DNA of 64,000 nucleotides from Macrostomum lignano (Eukaryota): NCBI GenBank assembly GCA_002269645.1, contig NIVC01000013.1, positions 496,001 to 560,000 of the forward strand, read 5' to 3'. Shown piece by piece: positions 54,334 to 64,000 of this stretch (position 1 is its first letter; each line of letters starts with the position of its first letter). The notes under the pieces were generated by a model. It saw only the letters and a program-made list of their open reading frames with translations, ran no database searches and was not told where the DNA came from. The position numbers and the translations under genes were made by a program.

Positions 54334-56383
54334 ATGGTGCATCTGCGAAGGTAAGATTTTGCGGAGTAGCCTGGATTTTTTATTGGTGGCAGAGACGCAT
54401 CTTTGAGGCGCCAAACCTGCTGTGTAGGGAGCGCCAAACTTGCTGTGTAGGGGGGCGCCAAACTTGCTGTGTAGGGAGCGCCAAACTTGCTGTGTAGGGA
54501 GTATCAAACCTGCTGTGTAGGGAGCGCCAAACTTGCTGTGTAGGGGGGCGCCAAACTTGCTGTGTAGGGGGGCGCCAAACTTGCTGTGTAGAGAGCGCCA
54601 AACTTGCTGTGTAGGGAGCGCCAAACCTGCTGTGTAGGGGGCGCCAAACTTGCTGTGTGGGGGGGAGCGCCAAACTTGCTGTGTGGGGGGGGAGCGCCAA
54701 ATCTGCTGTGTAGGGAGCGCCAAACCTGCTGTGTAGGGGGCGCCAAACTTGCTGTGTGGGGGGGGAGCGCCAAACTTGCTGTGTGGAGGAGAGCGCCAAA
54801 CCTGCTGTGTGGGGAGCGCCAAACTTGCTGTGTGGGGGGGAGCGCCAAACTTGCTGTGTGGGGAGCGCCAAACCTGCTGTGTGGGGAGCGCCAAACCTGC
54901 TGTGTGGGGAGCGCCAAATCTGCTGTGTAGGGAGCGCCAAACCTGCTGTGTAGGGGGCGCCAAACTTGCTGTGTGGGGGGGAGCGCCAAACCTGCTGTGT
55001 AGCCAAACTTGCTGTGTAGGGGGGCGCCAAACACTTTATTATCATAACATATTATGAAACATTTTGCAGGACTCTACTCGATATTAAAAAGCCGACTGTG
55101 CTGTTATTACTGAGCACGGTTTTGGTTGCTAACTTGAGCAGCTGTCAAGCCATGGAGATTTCTTCTAATTCTGGTTTCCCGTCGTGCCGAACAGATTTTC
55201 AACGCTGGCTGACTGGTAACCTAGAAGCGGCTGGGGATTCTGTTCGGGGATTTTAGTCATTGGAAACTGGGGGATTAGGGCGTTAGTAACTGGGGATTAG
55301 GGGATTAGTCACTAGGACTAGTGACTGGGGATTTGGGTATTAGGCACTAAGATTAGGGGATTAGAGACTGAGATTAGGGGATTAGTCACTAAGATTAGGG
55401 GATTGGTGACTGGGGATTAGGGGATTAGTCACTAGGATTAAGGGATTAGTGACTGGGGATTAGGGGATTAATCACTAAGATTAGGGGATTAGTCACTAAG
55501 ATTAGGGGATTAGTCACTAAGATTAGGGGATTAGTCACTAAGATTAGGGGATTAGTCACTAAGATTAGGGGATTAGTGAACTGGGGATTAGGGGATTAGT
55601 AACTAAGACTAAGGGATTAGTGAACTGGGGATTAGGGGATTAGTAACTAAGATTAAGGGATTAGTGACTGGGGATTAGGAGATTAGTCACTAAGATTAGG
55701 AGATTAGTGAACTGGGGATTAGGGGATTAGTAACTAAGATTTGTGACTGGGGATTTTTGGATTAGTCACTAAGATTAGGGGATTAGAGACTGGGGATTAG
55801 GGGATTAGTCACTAAGATTAGGGGATTAGTGACTGAGGATAAGAGGATTAGTCACTAAGATTAGGGGATTAGTCACTAAGATTAAGGGATTTGTGACTGG
55901 GGATTTTTGGATTTGTCACTAAGGTTAGGGGATTAATGACTGGGGATTAGAGGATTAGTCACTAAGATTAGGGGATTGGTGTCTGTTATTAGAAGATTGA
56001 ACAGAGATGGTTATTATAAACGAAGACATCAGTTCCTGTAATTAATTATTGACGATATACTATTAGTACTTATTAATGTACAAACAGCTGAAGCGCCTGG
56101 ATCACCGATGCCATGGAAAATGAAGCGACGCCATGAAAAGCTGCACCGCAGGACAGCACCAATGTCCAGCTCGACTTTAACAGCCCCATTGCAACCTCGT
56201 CTGCGCCTGCGCCTGTCGCATCTGGTGTACTTTCCATGCGCTTACGGAGGCCTGCCCTATCCCGTTGGCTGCGGCAAGTCCGGCCTGGGGCCGCGGGTGT
56301 TCGTGTCTAGGAAGCGGCGTCAGCTGGTGTGCGTGTGCCTGTGCCCCGCCAGCGCCGCTCTGCCTAATTGCAGCGTCGTTTAA
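54334..56383 (+). CDS. Small secreted Cys-rich precursor of unknown family; exons 54334-54350, 55070-55215, 56088-56383 (459 nt, 152 aa)
   Basis: ATG...AG|gtaaga (phase 2), ttttgcag|G...G|gtaacc (phase 1) and aaacag|CT join into MVHLRRTLLDIKKPTVLLLLSTVLVANLSSCQA-MEISSNSGFPSCRTDFQRWLTAEAPGSPMPWKMKRRHEKLHRR...FPCAYGGLPYPVGCGKSGLGPRVFVSRKRRQLVCVCLCPASAALPNCSVV*. It shows a signal-peptide-like stretch, basic cleavage sites and a GC-rich last exon. Confidence 0.72.
54400..55030. repeat. 22-24-bp repeat GGGAGCGCCAAAC(T/C)TGCTGTGTA (intron 1 of the secreted-protein gene)
   Basis: About 27 copies. Confidence 0.95.
55265..55975. repeat. 21-bp repeat GGGGATTAGTCACTAAGATTA (intron 2 of the secreted-protein gene)
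   Basis: Direct reading, degenerate. Confidence 0.92.
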
Positions 56384-57796
56384 ATTGACAACCAATTTGA
56401 AATAATTATAGCATTGCAGCGATTATTAAAATTAAAGCGGTAAAATGTACGCACGTACTATGTACATGGCGAATATCTAAATATATATATGGACTTTGAC
56501 CAAAACCGCGAGAATCAGAAGGCCAAACAACTACAGTACGACTATTAAAGTACGACCATTAAAATTTGAAGGACTTTTGATTGGAGCTTTAATCAAAACA
56601 TATTAAATCGTGCTAACTTTGCTATTGCCTGCTATGAGTAGGGTATTAGTGAACTTATATAAAATAATTACAATTAGATTCAAAACTTTGGTAGTTATTA
56701 GTGGCTTTGCCTTCGACTAATTTATAGTTATTCATACGCTTTTTAAAGCAATATAAATGTATCACCCTTCACGATTGGCCCCAGGGACATCTTTTGCGGA
56801 GTAAGCGTATAGTTGCATTACATTATAACAAAACACACACGTTTTTCAAACGTACTGGCCGTGTCGTTAAATAAACATTAGTTGAAAAGCGAAGTCCAGT
56901 TAGAAAATAAATATGGTTCAGTCTTTACTGCATAGAGTAGAGAGTAGATTTACGACGTTAGTTGCACTGTTGAATAACTACAGTTTTTAATTAAACCGAA
57001 AGCATTGTTTATTTAGGCACCATTTTCACAAGTAAGTAAATGAGAATTTTCATCAGCAGACTCGCTCGCATAGGAAATGAACTGCTATTTGTATGATTAA
57101 CGAGTCTGTAACTGTCTAACTGTTAAAAATGAAACGCGGGTTAACAGGTGGTGCGAAATACAAATGCAAGTTGGGTAGGGTAGGGAAAATAAACACTCGA
57201 GCTTCGAGCGCTAAAAAGTGTCACTCATTAGTAGAGATTCTGCATTTTCTGACCTGCTGAATAGACCCAACAACCAGACACAGATAACAAATATTTGGTT
57301 TTCTCAAAATTGTGTGGCGATAAAAACTAATTACTAATGTACTTTTTAATGTGCGCACTTAATCTATTATTGTATTTATTTTATTTGGCCGCCGCGGCAC
57401 AGGCCTCCGGTAAAGGAAGAAACGTTTTGGGGTGGAGAGGGGGCTTCTCGGTATGTACATGCCTCACTGTACATTGAATTGGGAGTGGGGGGAATCGGGG
57501 TTGGTTGGGTAAAAGAGAGAGAAACGAGGGGGATAGAGTTAGGTAAGACTTTTAGCTCGCAAACCCTAACCCTTATATATATCAGCACATGGACCCATTC
57601 CAGACAGATTCTGTCAATGTTTTGCTATCAGTCTATCTAACCAGCAAACTTGTTAACTAAATAAATCCTGCTTAAGGTTATATACACTGAATATCGTGAA
57701 AGCTCTTGCACGTTTTCTATTGCAACCAAGCATCAAATAACGAATACACTAGCTAATATATTAATTACCAAACGGTGAAACAAGCAGCAACAAAGC

Positions 57797-60700
57797 ATGG
57801 AAATTTCGACGCACCAAGAGCCTTTTATTTATGTCAATGACAAACGATACGAGAGTAAGTATAACCACACTATGCGATTCTTGGGATTGCTTTTTTTACC
57901 AATAAATCGTTAGTTTTACAATCCACGGTCATGTAGTTACTCGCGATTGCGACCCCGAGATGAGTCTGAACGACTTTCTTCGCGACACGCTCAACTTGAA
58001 GGGCACCAAAGTGATGTGCCGCGAGGCCGGCTGCGGTTGTTGCACTGTGTGCGCCGTTTATAAACATCCAGCTACTGGCGAGATCGAGTCTAAACCGGTT
58101 AATTCGGTGAGCTAAATTTTTTGTGATTGTTGAATGTTGCCTGTGGACTATATTTGTTAGTTAGGATAGGGGAAGTCCTTGAATCTGAAGATTGAAGAAA
58201 CTAGCTGCTTGGCTAGAATCAAGGTTAAAACCTAATAAGGGAGGTTGGACATCCCGAATGATACATCATTCAGCGAAGAAAAGCACCTGGACTACTAAAA
58301 TAGAAGCCCTTGAACTACGATAGTGTAGAACTCGTTGAGCTACTGGATTAGAATTCCCTGAACTACTGCGATAAAAGTCCCTGAACTATTAGATTAAAAG
58401 CTCCTGAACTGCTTGATCAGGAGCTCCTGAACTGCTGGAATAAAAGTAAAAAGTCCTTGAACTGCTGGATTAGAAGTCCTTGAACTACTGGAATAAAAGT
58501 AAAAAGTCCTTGAACTGCTGGATTAGAAGTCCTTGAACTACTGGAATAGAAGTCCTTGAACTAATGGATTAGAAGCCCCTGAACTGCTGGATTAGAAGCC
58601 CCTGAACTACTGGAATAGAAGTCCTTGTTGAACTACTGGAATAGAAGTCCTTGAACTAATGGATTAGAAGCCCCTGAACTGCTGGATTAGAAGCCCCTGA
58701 ACTACTGGAATAGAAGTCCTTGTTGAACTACTGGAATAGAAGTCCTTGAACTACTCGAATAGAAGTCCTTGAACTACTGGAATATAAGTCCTTGAACTAC
58801 TCGAATAGAAGTCCTTGAACTACTCGAATAGAAGTCCTTGAACTACAGGGAATAGAAGTCCTTGAACTACAGGGAATAGAAGTCCCTGAACTACCGGAAT
58901 AGAAGTCCTTAGCTATGGTAATGTTAGATTTTCAATATCACATGTGCCTCAGATGTAACATTGACCCCTTACCCTATTACAGTGTGTGACACCCTTGTAC
59001 TCCGCCGCCGGCTGGCACATTGTCACCATTGAAGGCATCGGCGGCCGCAGCCAGTCCGCGGGCTACCACCCAATTCAGGCCAGTCTAGCTGACGGATTCG
59101 GCAGTCAGTGCGGCTACTGTTCGCCCGGCTTCGTCATGTCGGCCTACAGCCAGCTGAGAGACAATCCAAAGGCTACTAAATTAGAGGTTGAGCACTTTTT
59201 CGACGGCAATATTTGCCGCTGCACCGGCTATAGGCCGATATTGGACTCGATGAAGAGCTTCGCTTGCGATGCCGGCAAAGCTGGAGGCTGTCTGGAAGTT
59301 GAGGCGAGTACGATTATTGGTACTTTGATTGTCTATATGAGATTGTATTGTGGCATTTGGAGGTAATATTCCAATAAGACTTCAAATCCCAGATTCAAGA
59401 TCCCAACCGGGATCTCATCTTAACTCCATGGTCCCAGATCCCAACCTCTTGATCCCAGATCCCAACCTCTTGATCCCAGATCCCGACTTCTTGATACCAG
59501 ATCCCAACCTCTTGATCCCAGATCCCAACCTCTTGATCCCAGATCCCAACCTCTTGATCCCAGATCCCAACCTCTTGATACCAGATCCCACCCCGTGATC
59601 CCCAGATCCCGACCTCTTGATCCCAGATCCCGATCCCTTGATTCCAGATCCCAATCTCTTGATCCCAGATCCCAACCTCTTGATCCCAGATCTCAACTCC
59701 TTGATCCCAGATCCCGATCCCTTGATTCCAGATCCCAATCTCTTGATCCCAGATCCCAACCTCTTGATCCCAGATCCCAACCTCTTGATCCCAGATCCCG
59801 ACTTCTTGATACCAGATCCCAACCTCTTGATCCCAGATCCCAACCTCTTGATCCCAGATCCCAACCTCTTGATCCCAGATCCCAACCTCTTGATCCCAGA
59901 TCCCAACCTCTTGATCCCAGATCCCAACCTCTTGATCCCAGATCCCAACCTCTTGATACCAGATCCCAACCTCTTGATCCCCAGATCCCAATCCCTTGAT
60001 TCCAGATCCCGACCTCTTGATCCCAGATCCCGATCCCTTGATTCCAGATCTCAACTCCTTGATCCCAGATCCCGATCCCTTGATTCCAGATCCCAATCTC
60101 TTGATCCTAGATCCCAACATCTTGATCCCAGATCCCAACCTCTTGATCCCAGATCCCAACATCTTGATCCCAGATCCCAACCTCTTGATCCCAGATCCCG
60201 ACTTCTTGATACCAGATCCCAACCTCTTGATCCCAGATCCCAACCTCTTGATCCCAGATCCCAACCTCTTGATCCCAGATCCCAACCTCTTGATACCAGA
60301 TCCCAACCTCTTGATCCCCAGATCCCAATCCCTTGATTCCAGATCCCGACCTCTTGATCCCAGATCCCGATCCCTTGATTCCAGATCCCAATCTCTTGAT
60401 CCCAGATCCCAACCTCTTGATCCCAGATCTCAACTCCTTGATCCCAGATCCCGATCCCTTGATTCCAGATCCCAATCTCTTGATCCCAGATCCCAACCTC
60501 TTGATCCCAGATCTCAACTCCTTGATCCCAGATCCCAGATCCTAGATTAGCAGCGCTAAAAATTCAACCCTAAAATTTGAGTTCAGATCCCGGATAAATG
60601 ATTATGAAATTCCTAAAAATTCACTCCCAGCTTTATCTAAATAATTTCGAAAGCATTTATGCTACTTAAAGTAGTTAACTTATTTTTAAAGCAGAATAAT

Positions 60701-63700
60701 TTTTATTTAATAAGCAATATTGATTGAAATGATAGCTATTAATAATGCAGGATCTAGAGCGCGGCTGCTGCCGAAGCCAAGTTGGCAAAGTGCCAACCTC
60801 CGGCGTGGCGGCCATCGCTCGCGGTTGGAAAGGCCAGAAGTTCTACAATCCCGGCACACTGAAGGAGTTGCTGACTCTGCTAGGCAGACTGCGGAATAAT
60901 AATTATCGATTGGTGTTTGGCAACACGTCTAGCGGCGTGTTTAAAGAGGACGCCATTGCTGATCATTACGTGAATATTAGGAATGTTCCCGAACTGTATA
61001 AGATTGAGGTGAGCTTCGGTTTGTTGCTATTCATTTTTTAGTATCTTTCTCACAATATTTTTTTCGTTTTGCTAGTTTTTTTGAAAATTTTCGTATGTTT
61101 TTTTCTAAATTTCCTCATTCCCCAGAAACTCCCCATTTCCATAAATTTCTTCATTCATTCCCAGAAATTTCCTCTCCCAGAAATTCCCCATTCCCATAAA
61201 TTTCCCATTTCCATAAATTTCTTCATTCATTCCCATGAATTTCCCATTCCCCAGAAATTTCCTCTCCCAGAAATTCCCCATTTCCAGAAATTTCCTCCCA
61301 GAAATTCCCCATTCCCATAAATTTCCTCTCCAAGAAACTCCCCATTCCAATGAATTCCCCATTCCCAAAAATTTCCTCTCCCAGAAATTCCCCATTCCCA
61401 GAAATGTCCCCATTGCCAGAAATTCCCCATTCCCAGAATTTCCCTATTCTTAAAAATTCCCCATTTCCAAAACTTTTCCCAATCCCAAAAAATCTCCCAT
61501 TCCAAAATGCTTCCCCGTTTTTAAATAATTTCCTCAGTTCCCAAAAAATTATCCATTTCCAAAAAATTCCTCATTGCTAAGAATTTCCCAATTCCCGAAA
61601 ATTTCCTCAGCTCCAAAAATTCCCATTTTGGGAAACTTTATCATTCAGGAAAACTTATTTCCGAATATTTTCAATCGTACAAGTTATGAATATTATCAAG
61701 AAAATTGCTGCCTTGTTTATTTTCTCCACCAAACCACAGGAGACCGAGGCCAGCCTAGAGATCGGTTCCAATCTCACCCTGCACGACCTGCTAGTGCTAT
61801 TCGCTCGCGTTGCCAATGACAACAAACAAGCCGGCAGGGCCTACCTGGGCCAGTTCTCCCGCCACCTGCAGCAGGTGGCCAATCAGGCAGTCCGTAGAAA
61901 CGGTTGCTGGGCGGGCAATCTCATGCTCAAGTTGGCCCATCCCGAATTCCCCTCCGACCTGTTCGTGCTGATGGCCGCTTCCGGAGCCATTGTGAAAGTC
62001 GCCGACTCAATTGACGGTGGAGCGGCTGTTCAAGAGTACACGATGACCGACTTTCTTCGGCAGGACATGCGCGGCCGGGTCGTCACCTCGGCGCTCCTGC
62101 CGCTCTCTGGCGGCGTCGGGCAGCGGTTCGGCTCGTTCAAGATTACTCCCAGGGCTCTGGTGGGTTGGCCATTGTTGTTTGATTGCCTTGTTCGCTATGC
62201 ACTCATTTCTCAAGATCCTCATTCTCAAGATCCCCATTCTAAATTCTAAAGATCCCCATTCTAAATTCTAAAGATCCCCATTCTAAAGATCCCCATTCTC
62301 AAGATCCCCATTCTAAATTCTAAAGATCCCCATTCTAAATTCTAAAGATCCCCATTCTAAAGATTCCCATTCCAATGATCCCCATTCTAAAGTCTAAAGA
62401 TCCCCATTCTAAAGATCCCCATTCTAAAGATTCCCATTCCAATGATCCCCATTCTAAAGTCTAAAGATCCCCATTCTAAAGATCCCCATTCTAAAGATCC
62501 CCATTCTAAAGATCCCCATTCTAAAGATTCCCATTCCAATGATCCCCATTCTAAAGTCTAAAGATCCCCATTCTAAAGATCCCCATTCTAAAGATTCCCA
62601 TTCCAATGATGCCCATTCTAAAGATCCCCATTCTAAAGTCTAAAGATCCTCATTCTAAAGATTCCCATTCCAAAGATTCCCATTCCAAATATCCCCATTT
62701 CAAAGATCCCCAATTCAAAGATCTCCATTTTAACGATCCCCATTCCAAAGATCCCCATTTCATAGATCCCCATTTCAAAGATCCCCATTCCAAAGATCAT
62801 GATTCTAAAGATCCCCATTTCAAAGATCCCCATTCCTAAGATCCTCATTCTAAAGATCCACACACCAAATATTTAAAATCTCAGAACGCCCACGCCTACC
62901 TCAACGCCGCGTTCAACGTCTCCGTGGACTCAGCCAACGGCTACACAGTCACTGATCGGCCCAGAATTGTCTACGGCGGCGTGTGTGACAAGTTTGTAAG
63001 CGCAGATTAAAAAAACACTGATTTTCATGGCTTATGACTGGGAATTTATTTAGTAATGTTAATTTTTCTTTCAGAATCACGCTGTTAAAACTGAGAACTA
63101 TTTGCAGAATAAGAGCCTTATTGATCAGGAGACTGTTAACGGTGAGATTGTCATTCAGGTTGTTAAAAAACACATTTTATTCTCACACTCAAAACGTCCC
63201 TTCATTCACTCTTTCAAATGCTTATCCACGCTCTTACTCACTCACTCACTCGCTCGTTCACTCACTCACTCGCTCACACTCACTCACTCACTCACTCACT
63301 CACTCACTCACTCACTTACTCACTCACTCACTCACTCACTCACTCGCTCACTCACTTACTCACTCACTCACTCACTCACTCGCTCACTCACTCACTCACT
63401 CACTCACTCACTTACTCACTCACTCACTCACTCGCTCACTCACTCTACAATCACTCACTCACTCGCTCGCTCACTCACTCACTCACTCGCTCACTCACTC
63501 ATTCACTCACTCACTCACTTACTCACTCACTCACTCGCTCACTCACTCACTCACTTACTCACTCACTCACTCGCTCACTCACTCACTCACTCACTCATTC
63601 ACTCACTCACTCACTTACTCACTCACTCACTCGCTCACTCACTCACTCACTTACTCACTCACTCACTCGCTCACTCACTCACTCACTCACTCATTCACTC

Positions 63701-64000
63701 ACTCACTCATTCACTCACTCACTCACTTACTCACTCACTCACTTACTCACTCACTCACTCACTCACTCACTCACTCACTCACTCACTCGCTCGCTCACTC
63801 ACTCACTCATCCGCCCCCACGCCCGCAGGCGCCATCAAGGTGCTGGAATCGGAGCTGAACCCGGCCGAAGAGGCCACCTGGTCCAGTCCGCAGCACCGCC
63901 GCTCGCTAGCCAGCAACCTGCTGTACAAGTTCATCCTCGGCGTCGCCTCCGCCGCCCTGCCAGCCGCGGACAGCAGCGGAGCTCAAGTTTTCGAGCGTCG
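57797..64000 (+). CDS. Aldehyde oxidase / xanthine dehydrogenase-family molybdoflavoprotein, 5' part (2Fe-2S and FAD domains), truncated by the window; exons 57797-57854, 57937-58106, 58983-59303, 60751-61008, 61740-62159, 62885-62995, 63075-63141, 63829->64000
   Basis: GTKVMCREAGCGCCTV...NS|C (FeS), SQCGYCSPGFVMS and GNICRCTGYRPIL (second FeS), LVFGNTSSG, VRRNGCWAGNL, SFKITPRAL|NAHAYLNAAF and HRRSLASNLLYKF. Confidence 0.92.
58330..58910. repeat. 23-bp repeat AGAAGTCCTTGAACTACTGGAAT (oxidase intron 2)
   Basis: Direct reading. Confidence 0.92.
59390..60545. repeat. 21-bp repeat GATCCCAGATCCCAACCTCTT (oxidase intron 3)
   Basis: About 55 copies. Confidence 0.96.
61110..61640. repeat. Degenerate ~17-bp repeat AAATTCCCCATTCCCAG (oxidase intron 4)
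   Basis: Direct reading. Confidence 0.88.
62210..62860. repeat. 15-bp repeat AAAGATCCCCATTCT (oxidase intron 5)
   Basis: Direct reading. Confidence 0.93.
63235..63810. repeat. (CACT)n microsatellite (oxidase intron 7)
   Basis: Direct reading. Confidence 0.97.

Noticed and set aside
55265-55975. Interstitial telomeric repeat (TTAGGG-like)
   Set aside because: TTAGGGG is only part of a 21-bp unit; there are no tandem hexamer runs.

Overview
Eukaryotic (invertebrate animal) genomic DNA with GT-AG spliceosomal introns; no CRISPR, rRNA or intact tRNA is visible. The gene style (GC-rich exons, poly-Ala/Gln tracts, minisatellite-filled introns) suggests the flatworm Macrostomum, which is an inference. 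Six genes were reconstructed by hand from splice sites and reading-frame phase: MFSD10-like transporter (minus, 4 exons), NK4/tinman/Nkx2-5-like homeobox (3 exons), septin-7-like (4 exons), a DEG/ENaC channel (12 exons, ~1058 aa), a small secreted Cys-rich precursor (3 exons, 152 aa) largely missed by the ORF track, and the 5' part of an aldehyde-oxidase-type molybdoflavoprotein. The standout is the DEG/ENaC channel. Its extracellular finger region carries a 417-codon phase-1/phase-1 cassette with two kringle-like domains, and a WSC domain is inserted inside the first kringle on its own symmetric exon. Almost every intron longer than ~400 nt contains its own distinct tandem repeat, so most long ORFs in the track are repeat artefacts. 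Mobile elements: a non-autonomous hAT element with a nested MITE, a 2.0-kb TG...CA solo-LTR-like insertion splitting a minisatellite, and a tRNA-derived SINE. Repeat boundaries are approximate (about +/-20 nt). All domain calls come from motif recognition by eye, not database searches.
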